A DNA stretch of 64,000 bases from positions 73,842,001-73,906,000 of the forward strand of contig CM059430.1 in NCBI GenBank assembly GCA_030390025.1. Direction: 5' to 3'. This document shows positions 1 to 11,749 of the stretch, in pieces. The translations under genes and the position numbers were made by a program. This stretch comes from Squalus acanthias. Taxonomy: Eukaryota. Each line of letters opens with the position of its first letter. Positions within the stretch are counted from its first letter, which is position 1. A model generated the notes under the pieces. It did not search any database. It had not been told where the DNA came from and was given only the letters and a program-made list of their open reading frames with translations.

Positions 1-2190
1 AAATAAATATATTCCACTGAGGAAAAAAAGGTGTAAAAGAAATGACAGCCATCCATGACTAAGTAAAGAAATTAAATAAAGTATCCAACTAAAAACAAGG
101 ACATATTAGGTAGACAAAGTTAGTGGGAGGATAAAAGATTGGGAAGTGTTCAAAAGACAACAAAAAGTAACTAAAGGATTCATTAAGAAAGAGAAAATAG
201 ACTTTGAAAATAAATTAGCAAAAAATATAAAAACAGATAGCAAGAGTTTCTATAGTTATATAAAAAGAAAAAGAGTGGTTAAGGCAAACGTAGGTCCCTT
301 AGAGGAGGAGACCGGGAAATTAATGGTGGCAAAAATGGAGATGGCAAAAATGCTGAACAAATATTTTGTTTCAGTCTTTACGGTAGAGGACACTAAGAAT
401 ATCCCAACACTGGACAAACAAGGGGCTCGAGTGGGGGAGGAGCTAAATACGATTAAAATCACTAAGGAATTCGTACTCAGTAAAATAATGGGATTCAAGG
501 CGGATAAATCCCCTGGACCTGATGGCTTACATCCTAGGGTCTTGAGGGAAGTGGCAGTAGGAATTGTGGATGCTTTGGTAATAATTTTCAAAAACTCCCT
601 GAACTCAGAAAAGGTCCCGGCAGATTGGAAAACTGCTAATGCAACACTCTTATTTAAAAAGGGTTGTAGGCAGAAGGCTGGAAATTATAGAGCAGTTAGC
701 CTAACATCTGTGGTGGGTAACATTTTGGAGTCTATTATTAAGAGACAGAAACGGAACATTTAGATAAACATAATTTAATAGGACAAAGTCAGCATGGCTT
801 TATGAAGGGGAAGTCATGTCTGACAAATTTGCTCGAGTTCTTTGAGGACATAACGTACAGGGTGGATAAAGGGGAACCAGTGCATGTAGTGTATTTAGAC
901 TTCCAGAAGGCATTCGACAACTAGCCACATAAAAGATTATTACTCAAGATAAAAAATCACTGGATTGGGGTTAATATTCTGGCATGGATGGAGGATTGGT
1001 TATCTAACAGGAAGCAAAGAGGTGGGATCAATGGTTCATTCACGGACTGGCAACCAGTAGCCAGTGGTGTGCCGCAGGGGTCTGTGCTGGGTCCCCAACT
1101 CTTTACAATCTATATTAATGATTTGGAGGAGGGGACCGAGTGTAACATATCAAAGTCTGCAGATGATACAAAGATGGGAGGGAAAGTAGAGAGTGAGGAG
1201 GACATAAAAAACCTACAAAGGGATATAGACAGGCTGGGTGAGTGGGCAGAGATTCGGCAGATGCAATACAATATTGGAAAATGTGAGGTGATGCACTTTG
1301 GCAGGAGAAATCAGAGAGCAAGTTATTATCTTAATGGCGAGAAATTGGAAAGTACTGCAGTACAAAGGGATCTGGGGGTCTTGGTGCAAGAAAATCAAAA
1401 AGTTAGTATGCAGGTGCAGCAGGTGATCAAGAAAGCCAATGGAATGCTGGCTTTTATTGCTAAGTGGATAGAATATAAAAACAGGGAGGTACTGCTGCAT
1501 TGTATAGGGTATTGGTGAGACCGCACCTGTAGTACTGCATACAGTTTTGGTGTCCATACTTAAGAAAATACATACTTGCTCTCGAGGCAGTAAAAAGAAG
1601 GTTCACTCGGTTAATTCCAGGGATGATGGGGTGGACATACGAGGAGAGTTTGAGTAGATTGGGACTCTACTCATTGGAGTTCAGAAGAATGAGAAGCGAT
1701 CTTATTGAAATATATGAGATTGTGAAGGGGCTTGATCGGGTGGACGCGGTGAGGATGTTCCCAATGATGGGTGAAACTAGAACTAGGGGACATAATCTTA
1801 GAATAAGGGGCTGCTCTTTCAAAACTGAGATGAGGAGAATCTTTTTCACTCAGAGGGTCTGGGGCTGTGGAATTTGCTACCCCAGGAAGCTGTGGAAGCT
1901 ACTTCATTAAATAAATTTAAAAGAGAAATAGACCGTTTCCTAGTAGTAACGGGCATCAGGGGTTACGGGGAGCGGGCTGGAAATTGGACATGAGTTTGAG
2001 TTCGGATCTGTCAATGCCCTGTGGGTGGCGGAGCGTGCCCAGGGGCCGAGTGGCCTGTTCCTGCTCCTACTTCTTGTGTTCTTTAGAGTTGAGGTTGGAT
2101 CAGATCAGCCATTACTCATTGAATGGCGGAGCAGGCTCGAGGGGCCGATTGGTCTACTCCTGCTCCTATTTCTTATGTTCTTATGTTCTT
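1..2190 (+). mobile_element. CR1-clade (HER1-like) LINE, 3' portion, with tandem double 3' terminus
   Basis: RT motifs KSPGPDGLHPRVL, NYRAVSLTSV, GVPQGSVLGP and SADDTK broken by stops and frameshifts; (ttcttatg)n tail. Confidence 0.92.
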
Positions 2191-2224
2191 AAATGCAGAC
2201 TGCAGCATTTGACACGTTGGATCC

Positions 2225-2449
2225 CCTGTGACCCACCTCATTGTCTTAGCTGCACTCTTCTGTGTCTTTGATGTAATGCCTCCCTGACGGATTGTATCTC
2301 CGCAGACACATTGTTCTCTGTCTTTAAAAACTTTGTAATCGATTTGTATTCCCTCACTGTACCTGACGAAGGAGCAGAGCTCCGAAAGCTCGTAATTTCA
2401 AATAAAACTGTTGGACTATAACCTGGTGTTGTGCGACTTCTCATTTTTG
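2225..2449 (+). mobile_element. Penelope-type terminal-repeat fragment containing a minimal hammerhead motif
   Basis: Sequence ctgacgaaggagcagagctccgaaagctcgtaatttcaaataaaactgttggactataacctggtgttgtgcgac is the same family as the inserts at 7623 and 48515. Confidence 0.65.
2360..2394 (+). ncRNA. Minimal type I hammerhead ribozyme motif
   Basis: UAC-CUGACGA-A-GGAGC(AGA)GCUCC-GAAA-GCUC-GUA: intact core, 5-bp stem II, palindromic AGCU stem III, CUC cleavage triplet and 3-bp stem I. Confidence 0.6.
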
Positions 2450-3349
2450 TTTTATACTGAAGAAGGAAGCTGTAAACTGCAGTAAGATATCAATAAATTG
2501 GTCAGGTGTGCAGAACAATGTCAAATGGAATTCAATCCGGAGAAGTGTGAGGTAATGCATTTGGGGAGGGCTAACAAGGAATGGGAATACACATTAAATT
2601 GTAGGACACGGCTAGTGTAGAGGAACAAAGGAACCTTGGCGTGCATGTCCACAGATCCCTGAATGTAGCAGAACATGTAGTTAAGGTGGTTAAGAAAGCA
2701 GACGGAATGGTTGCCTTTATTAGACGTGGCATAGAATAAAAGAGCAGGGGGGTTATGTTTCAAATGTATAAAACACTAGTTAGGCCTCAGCTAGAGTACT
2801 GCGTGCCTTTCTTGTCACCACATTACAGGAAAGAGGTGATTGCATCAGAGAAGGTACAGAGGAGATTTACAAGGATGTTGCCGCGAGTGGAGAATCTTAG
2901 CAATGAGGAAAGTCTGGATAGCCTGGGTTTGTTTGCCTTGGAACAGATGAGTTTGAGGGGAGACAGTATTGAGCTGCATAAAATTATGAGGGGCCTAGAT
3001 AAAGTGGATAGAAATGACTTATTTCCCTTTGCAGCGGGGTCAAAATCCAGGGAGCACAGATTTTAAGTAATTGGTGTACGGTTTAGAGGGGATTTGAGGG
3101 AAAATTTCATCACCAAGAGGGTTGTGGGGATCTGGACCTCACTGCCTGAAAGGGTGGTAGATGCAGGAACGCTAAACACATTGAAAAAGAACTTGGATGT
3201 GCCATTGGGATGCTGTAACCTGCAGGGCTACGGACCAAGTGCTGGGAAGTGGGATTAGGTTGGATAGCTCTTTGTTGGCCGGCGCGGACACAATGGACCG
3301 AAATGGCCTCCTTCCATGCTGTAACTTTCAATGATTCTATGATTCTATG
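2450..3349 (+). mobile_element. CR1 LINE 3' fragment
   Basis: YKTLVRPQLEYC and VQRRFTRM motifs; (gattctat)n tail. Confidence 0.88.
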
Positions 3350-5810
3350 ACCACCAAGCATCGAACTAGGCATCGGCTACGGACAAAGCAACGGCACAAC
3401 CAGCCCAGTCGACCCTGCAAAGTCCTCCTAACCAATATCTGGTGAACGGTGGGAACATTGGGAGAGGTGTGCCACAGACTAGTCAAGCAACAGCCTGACA
3501 TAGTCATAAGCACAGAATCATACATTTCAACCAATATCCCAAACTCATCATCACAATCCCGGGGTATATCCTGTTCAACCGACAGGACAGACCCACAAGG
3601 GGTGGCGGCACTGTGGTAAACAGTCGTTAAGGAGTGTCTCTGGGAGTCCACAGCATTGAATCCGGACCCCATGAAGTGTCATGGCTTCATGACAAGTATG
3701 GGCAAGGAAACCTACTTCTGATTACCACATACCGCCCTCCCTCAGCTGACGACTCAGTACTCCTCTATGTTGAACACCACTTGGAAGAAGTACTGAGAGT
3801 AGCAAGGGCACAGAATGTACTCCGGGTGGGGGACTTCAATGTCCATCACGAAGTGTGGCTCGGTAGCACTACTACTGACCGAGATGAACGAATACTGAAG
3901 GACATAGCTGTCAGTCTTATCCTGCGACAGGTGGTGAGAGTACCAACACGAAGGAAATACCTACTTGACCTCGTCCTCACCAATCTACCTGTTGCAGATC
4001 CATCTGTCCATGACAGTGTTTGTACAATTGACCACGGCACAATCGTTGTGGAGACGAAATCCCGACCTCACACTGAGGACAACCTCCATCGTATTGTGTT
4101 GAACTACCAACGTGCGAAATGGGATAGATGCAGATCATATCGAGCAGGTCAAAACTGGGCATCGGTGAGGCGCTGTGGGGCCGACAGCAGTAGCAGAATT
4201 GTATTCCAACACAATCTGTAACCTCATTGCCAGGAATATCCCTTACTCTACCATTACCATCAAGCCGGGGGGGCAACCCTGGTTCAATAAGGTATGTAGA
4301 TGAGCATGCCAGGAGCAGCACCAGGCATACCAAAAAATGAGGTGTCAACCTGGGGAAGATGCAACACCGGACTACATGCATGCTAAAAAGCGGAAGCAGT
4401 ATGCTATAGACAGGGCTAAGCGATCCCACAAACAATGGATCAGCTCAAAGCTCCTCTGTCCTGTCACATCCAGTTGTGAATGGGGGTGGACCATTAAACT
4501 ACTAATGGGAGGAGGAGGCTCCATGTATATCCCCTTCCTCAATGATGGTGGAGCCCAGCATTTGAGTGCAAAAGTCAAGGCTGAAGCGTTAGCAAACTTC
4601 TTCAGCCAGAAGTGCCAACTGGATGATCCATATCGGACTCCTCCTGAGGTCCCCACCATCACAAAAGCCAGAGTTCAGCAAATTCGATTAACTCCACGTG
4701 ATATCAAGGAACGGCTGAGACCGACTTCATTCCGCCTGTCGTGCTGAAGATGTGTGCTCCAGGACTAGCCATGCCTTTATCCAAGCTGTTCCAGTACAGC
4801 TACAACACTGGCATCTATCCGACAATGTGGAAAACTGCCCAGGTCTGTCCTGTCAACAAAATACAGGAAAAATCATATCCGAGCAATTACTCCCCCATCA
4901 GTCAAATTTAATTAATTAGCAAAGTGACGGAAGATGTCATCCACAGTGCACTTACTTACCAACAACCTGCTCACTGATGCCGAGTTTGGGTTCCGCGAAG
5001 GCCACTCGGCTCCCGACCTCATTACACCGTTGATCCATATATGGACAAAGGAGCTGAATTCCACAGGAGATGTGACAGTGAATGCCCTTGACAACAAGGC
5101 AGCATTTTAACGAGTGTGGCATTAAGGAGCCCTAGTAAAACTGAAGTCAATGGGAATCGGGGAGGGGGGACGCTCCACTGGCTGAAGTTATACATAGCAC
5201 AAAGCAAGATGGTTTTGGTGGTTGGATATCAATCATCACAGACCCAGGATATCGCTGCAGGTGTTCCTCTGGCCAGTGTCCTCGGCCCAGCTATCTTCAG
5301 CTGCTTCATCAATGAATTTCGCTCCAACATAAGTTCAAAAATGGGGCTGTTCACTGATTACTGCACGAAGTTCAGTGCCATTCACAGCTCCTCAGATAAT
5401 GAAGCAGTCCATGCCTGCATGCAGCAAAACCTGGGCGACGTTTAGGCTTGGGCTGATAAGTGGCAGGTAATATTGCCGCCATACAAGTGCCAGGCAATGA
5501 ATCTCTGCAACAATCGATATTCTAACCACAGTCCTTTGACATTCGAAGGCGTTACCCTCACCGAGTCCCCCATCATCAACATAATGGGGGTCACCACTGA
5601 CCAGAAAATGTATTGGACCAACCACATAAATATTGTGGCAGCAAGAACGGGTCACAAGCTCGGTATTCTGCGGCGAGTGTTTCACCTCCTGACTCCCCAA
5701 AGCCTTTGAAACCATCTACAAGGCACAAGTCAGGAGTGTGATGGAATATTCTCCACTTGCCTGGATGAATGCAGCTCCAACAACGCTCAAGAAACTCGAC
5801 GCCATACAAT
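3350..5810 (+). mobile_element. Second LINE family (family B), decayed EN-RT ORF
   Basis: Endonuclease motifs YRPP, VGDFNVHH and LLDLVLTN; RT-like AGVPLASVLGP; many stops and frameshifts. Confidence 0.85.
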
Positions 5811-6805
5811 ATGCATTAATGATCTAGATAAGTGAATTAAATTTTATATCTCCAAGTTTGCAGATACACAAAGCTGGGTGGGCGTGTGTGCTGCGAGGAG
5901 GATACCGAGAAACTCCAGGTGATTTGGACAGGTTGGGTGAGTGGGCAGAAGCGTGGCAGATGCAATATAACGTGGATACATGCGCGGTTATCCACTTTGG
6001 TGTCAAAAACAGAAAGGCAGACTATTATATGAATGGCAATAGATTGGGAGAAGGGGAAGTGCAACGAGACCTGGGTGTCCTTGTGCACCAGTCGCTGAAG
6101 GTCAGCATGCAGGTGCAGCAGGCGGTGAAGAAGGCAAATGGTATGTTGGCCTTCAAAGCGAAAGGGTTTGAGTATAGGAACAGGGATGTCCTGCTGCAGT
6201 TTTACAGGGCCTTGGTGAGACCACACCTTGAGTACTGTGTGCAGTTTTGGTCCCCTTATCTGAGGAAGGATGTTCTTGCCATGGAAGGAGTTCAGCGAAG
6301 ATTCGCAAGGCTGATACCTGGGATGGAAAGAATGACATATGAGCAGAGATTGGATCGATTGGGCTTATACTCGCTGGAGTATAGACAAATGAGAGGGGAT
6401 CTCATCGAAACATATAAAATAGTGACAGGTCTGGACAAACTAGATGCAGGAATAATGTTCCCGATGGTCGGAGAGTCCAGAACCAGGAGTCATAATCTAA
6501 GGATAAGGTGCAAGCCATTTAGGACTGAAATGAGGACGATTTTATTCACCCAGAGTCTATGTACCTGTGAAATTCTCTACCACAGAAAGTAGTTGAGGCC
6601 AAGTCATTAAATATATTGAAGAATGATTTAGATATATTTCTTAAAGATAAAGGTATCAAGGGATATGGAGATAAGGCAGGTACAGGGTACAGAGCTTGGA
6701 TGATCAACCATGATCTCATCGAATGGCGGAGCAGGCTGGAGGGGCCGAATGTCCTACTCCTGCTTATATCTTCTATGTTTCTATGTTTCTATGCTTCTAT
6801 GTTTC
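5811..6805 (+). mobile_element. CR1 LINE 3' fragment
   Basis: ORF 5858..6592 is a CR1 RT C-terminus; (ttctatgt)n tail. Confidence 0.9.
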
Positions 6806-9800
6806 ATCCAGTATAAAGCAGCCCACTTTAAACTAAAAAAGTGGGGGAGGGTTCCGGTGACGGGAAATTTAGAAATCTAAAGAGTAAGTTCAAGGCAATA
6901 GAGCAGTGTAGCGATTTGGTCAAAATAAGCAGAGTATTACAGGAAGGGACAGAGAGTTTAATGGTAGCAGTGCAGCAGAAAATAAGGTCAAAGCAGGGGA
7001 AAATGGTCAAAATTTTAAATTCAATTCTCTGTATCTGACTGCACGAAGTATTTGTAAGAAGATAAATTAACTGTTGGCACAAATAGATATGAATGTTTTT
7101 TTTCTATTAGCCATTAAAGAGACATGGTTGAAAGGTGGCCAAGTTTGGGAACCAAATGTACCAGGGTACATGGCGTTTCGAAAAGACAGGCAGAATACAA
7201 AAGGAGGGGGAGTAGCCCTGATAATAAAGGATGACATAAGGAGAGTAGCGAGAAAGAATCTCGGCTCGGAAGATCAGGAGTTAGAATGAGTATGGGTGGA
7301 GATAAGGAATAATAAGGTGCAGAAGTCACTGGTAGGAATAGTATATAGCTCCCCTAATATTAGCTATATCGTTGAACAGAATATTAATCAAGAAATAGTA
7401 AGAACTTGCAACAAAGGTAATGCAGTAATATTGGGCTACTTTAATCTTCATAGAGACTGGACAAATCAAATTGGCAAATGGAGTCTTAAGGATGAGTTCG
7501 TGGAATGCATTCGGGACAGTTTGCTAGAACAATATATCATGGAACCAAACAGGGAACAGGTTATATTTGATCTTCTATTGTGTAATGAGACAAGGTTAAA
7601 TAGCAATCACATAGTAAAGGATAAAAATGAGAAGTCGCACAACACCAGGTTATAGTCCACCAGTTTTATTTAAAATTATGAGCTTTCGGAGCTCCGCTCG
7701 TTCTTCAGGTACAGGACCTGAGCTCCGAAAGCTCGTAATTTTAAATAAAACTGTTGGACTATAACCTGGCGTTGTGCGACATCTCATTTTTGTCCACCCC
7801 AGTCCAACACCGGCATCTCCACATCATATTAAAGGATGCTCTGGTGTAGAGTGATCATAATATGATAGAATTTCACGTTAATTTTGAGTGTGACCTGCCT
7901 CAGTCCGAAAAATAATATTAAACTTAAATAAACCCAATTACACAGGTATGAGAGGAGAGTTGGCTTAGGTAGATTGGAAAAAATAGATTAAAAGGTATGG
8001 CGGTCGATGAACAGTGGCGAGCATTTAAAGAAATATTTCATAATTCTCAACAAAAAAAGGTTCTGTTGATAAACAAAAACTCTACGGGAAAAGTGATCCA
8101 ACCGTGCTTAACTAAATAAGTTAAGGATTGCAATAGTATGAAAGAAAAAGCTTATAATGCTGCAAATAAGAATAGTCATCCTGAGGATTGGGAGAGTTTC
8201 AGACAGCAGCAAAGGTTGACCAAAAAATTGAATAAAAAGGAAAAAATAGAATATGAGAGAAAACTAGCAAGAAATATAATCGCAGATTGTAAGAATTTCT
8301 ACAAGTATGTAAAAATGAAAAGAGTAGCAAAAGTAAACGTTTGTCCCTTAGCGGCTGAGGCAGGAGAAATTATTATGGGGAATAAGGAAATGGCAGAAAT
8401 GTTAAACAAATATTTTGCATCTGCCTTCACATTAGAAGACACAAAAAGCATACCAAAAATGATGGGGAACCAAGGAGCTAATGAGATCAGGACCTTAAGG
8501 TAATCAAGATAAGTACAGAAAAACTACTAGAGAAAATAAAGGGACTAAAAGCCAACAAGTTCCCTGGACCTTATGGCCCACATCCTCGGGTTCTAAAAGA
8601 GGTGGCTGAAGAGATCGTGGATGCATTGCTTTTGATCTTCCAAATTTCCCTAGATTCTGGATTGGTCCCAGACGATTGAAAGGCAGCAAATGTAACACCA
8701 CTATTCAAGAAAGGAGGGAAGAGAGAAAAACAGGGAACTACAGGACAGTTAGCCTGACATGAGTCTTCAGGAAATGCTGGAATCTATTGTTAAGGAAGTG
8801 GTTTCAAGTCACTTAGAAAATCAGAACATCTGTTCAACATGGTTTTATGAAAGGGAAATCATGTTTGACAAATTTATTAGTGTTTTTTGAGGATGTAACT
8901 AGCAGGGTAGATAAAGGGGAACCAGTTGATGTAATATATTTGAATATGCAAAAGGCATTCGATAAGGTGCCACATAAAAGGTGAAACAAGTTAGGGCTCA
9001 TGGGGCTAGGGGTAACATAGTAGCATGGACAGAGGATTGGTTAACTGACAGAAAACAGAGAGTAGGGATAAACGGATCTTTTTCAGGTTGGCAGGCTGTA
9101 ACTATTGGGTGCCACAAGTATCGGTCTTGGGGCCTCAGCTATTTACAATCTATATTAAAGACCTAGATGAAGGCACCAGGTGTAATGTATCCAAGTTTGC
9201 TGATGATAAAAAAGCTAGGTAGGACAGTAAAATGTGAGGAGTACACAAAGAGTCTTGAAAGCGATATAGATAGACTGATTGAGTGGGCAGTAAAGTGGCA
9301 GATGGAGTACAATGTAGGGAAATGTTAGATTATTCACTTTGCTAAGAAGAATAGAAAAACATAATATTTTTTAAATGGTGAGAACGTTTCAAATATTGGA
9401 TTTCAGAGATATTTGGGTGCCCTTCTGCAAGGAACACAGAAAGCTACCATGCAGGTACAGCAAGCAATAAAGAAGGCAAATGGCATGTTGCCTTTATTGC
9501 AAGGAGGTTGGAGTATAAGATTAAGGAAGTCTTGCTACAATTGGACAGGGCCTTGGTGAGACCACACCTGGAGTACTGTGCATAGTTTTGGTCTCCTTAT
9601 CTAAGGAAGGATATACTGGCCTTGGAGGCGGTGCAACGAAGGTCCCCTAGATTGATTCCTGGAATGAGAGGGCAGTCCTATGATGAGAGATGGTGTAGAA
9701 GGTGCCTATACCCTCTGGAGTTTAAAAGAATGGGAGGTGATCTCATTGAAAAATATAAGGTTCTGAAGGGGATTGTCAGGGTAGATGCTGAGAGGTTGTT

Positions 9801-10121
9801 CCCCTTTGCTGGAGTGTCTAGAACTAGGGGCTTTGGTCTCAGGATTAGTAGTAGGCCATTTAAGACTGAAATGAGGAGGAACTTCTTCACTCAGAGGGTG
9901 ATGAATTTTTGGAATTCTCTGCCCAAGAGGGCTGTGATTGCTGAGTCTTTCGTTATATTCTAGGCTCAGATAGATAGATTTTTAGATTCAAGGAACATGG
10001 AAATCGGTCGGGAAAGTGGAGTTGATGTCCATGATCAGCCATGATCTCATTAAATGGTGGAACAGGCTCGAGGGGCCTTATGGCCTACGCCTGCTCTTAT
10101 TTCTTATGTTCTTATGTTCTT
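6806..10121 (+). mobile_element. Long decayed CR1 LINE (EN + RT), interrupted by a Penelope-type fold-back insert
   Basis: AIKETWL and GGGVAL endonuclease motifs, RT fragments and (ttcttatg)n tail. Confidence 0.9.
7623..7824. mobile_element. Penelope-type inverted terminal-repeat insertion with 13-bp TSD
   Basis: Inverted arms of ~70 bp; TSD catagtaaaggat (7610-7622) / catattaaaggat (7825-7837). Confidence 0.75.
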
Positions 10122-10530
10122 GATTGGCACCCCATCCACCACATTAAACATTCACTCCCTCCATCCGCGGTGTATCAAGGCTGCAGAGTGTACCCTCTAC
10201 AAGCTGCACTGCAGCAACTCGCCAAGGCTTCTTCAGCAGCACCTCCCAAACCCGCGACCTCTTCCAATTAGATGGACAAGGGCAGCAAGCACATGGGAAC
10301 ACCACCACCTCCAAGTTCCCCTCCAAGTCACTCACCATACTGACTTGGAAAAATATGGCGTTCCTTTATCGTCGCTGGGTTTAATTCCTGGAAATCCCTA
10401 GCTAATAGCACTGTGGGAGTACCTTCACCACACGGCCTTCAGCGGTTCAAGAAGGCTGCTCAAGGCCAATTAGAGATGGGCAATAAATGCTGGCCTTGCC
10501 AGTGATGCCCACATCCTGTGAATGAATACA
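10122..10530 (+). mobile_element. Family B LINE 3' end
   Basis: Shares the terminal gatgggcaataaatg(c/t)tggcctt sequence with the copy ending near 40640. Confidence 0.8.
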
Positions 10531-10669
10531 ATGTTTGGTAATAATTTCATGCAAAACATTGCGGATTCGGGTTGATGGAAAATAAATCATATTTATGTTG
10601 CAAACCTCCATTTATCTTGCAATCTCCGACCATTTCCTTCTATTCCACATATCCCCAATCCCCCAATTC

Positions 10670-10900
10670 CCTTCAAACCCAAAGTTCCACCTCTTCTGTA
10701 TCTACTAGCTGCACTTTGGAAACTTCATCCACAGACCTGTGGACAACATCCACTTGAACGCTGACAATAACCAGCTCTGCAACTTCACCCTGTCTTTTCA
10801 GCGCTCCACTGATGGAACATGTCGTATTGCTTGTCCACAACATCCATTCTTGCATGAATCGTAAATTTCTCCAGCTAAAGACCAATACACATTTAATGCT
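10670..10900 (+). mobile_element. Highly decayed L2-type RT relic
   Basis: Plus frame LFCIY*LHFGNFIHRPVDNIHLNADNNQL resembles the L2 RT segment around the YADD motif. Confidence 0.5.
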
Positions 10901-10944
10901 GTTGGTGTAGCTCAATTTGAGTTCCAAATTCTTCCAAGACATCT

Positions 10945-11167
10945 ATCTATCGCTGTATGATCGACTGAAAGAAATAGATCTTGGAGAGTAGCGCAACATG
11001 GACGCTCGGAAATCAGCAGGCCATTTCATATCCCACTCGAAATACTTAATCATTGAATTCAAATGGTTCGGTTTTAAATAAGTACCACTTAAGGATAAAT
11101 TCACCACTCCCCTTTTATGTTTATTGGTACAACACATTGAGGTAGATTTTCTTCTTCTCGGGCTGTG
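10945..11167 (-). pseudogene. Possible degenerate Ig V-like (CD2/SLAM-style) exon fragment
   Basis: Acceptor ttttcag|, then AQPEKKKIYLNV, a frameshift, then GVVNLSLSGTYL...IKYFEWDMK...ASMLRYS...FSRSYSDR*. Resembles strands A-D of a V domain; it runs into an L2 relic and has no DxGxYxC. Confidence 0.25.
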
Positions 11168-11749
11168 CTGAAAACGTCAGATTTTCATTCCAATGAATTC
11201 ATTAGAATGTATATAAGACGGGTTTTTATAAAGGTGCGATTCTCCCGGCCCGATTTTGCACCCTCCTGCACCTTCCGGCGATACTTAAGGCCCTCCGCCT
11301 CATTTATTTTTCCTTTTTCCATGGAAAATTAAATACATCGAGCACATTCCCACGATCCCTGATATGGATATGTTGATTATCTCGGTAAAAAAATACATGG
11401 CTGCATATCTCGGCAGCTCTTTGATTGAACGATGTATGCATTAATGCAGACATACATGAAAAAAATATAATAGCCCGGAATTTGCGTTCAGCTGGGAAGC
11501 AAAGTCATTCGCTGCTGGCCCAAAGAAAGCTGCCGACAGAGTTTTTCCGATCTCCGTGGCGAGAAGTTTGCCTCTGTCACATAATGGGGAAAAGCTCGAG
11601 TACTCAGTTCTGACGGCAAAGTGCTCTCTAAGCAGACAATCACATTGCAGAATTCTCACAGAGATCGAACCATGAAGTGAAGAAGGAGGTGTTCCTTTCT
11701 TTTTCCATCTTTGTTAGCTTCCAGGAGAGCCGGAGCTAAAAAGCTGCAC

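Noticed and set aside
10673-10942. Minus-strand 89-aa ORF as the second half of an Ig domain
   Set aside because: Better explained as the antisense of a decayed L2 RT relic; no DxGxYxC motif.
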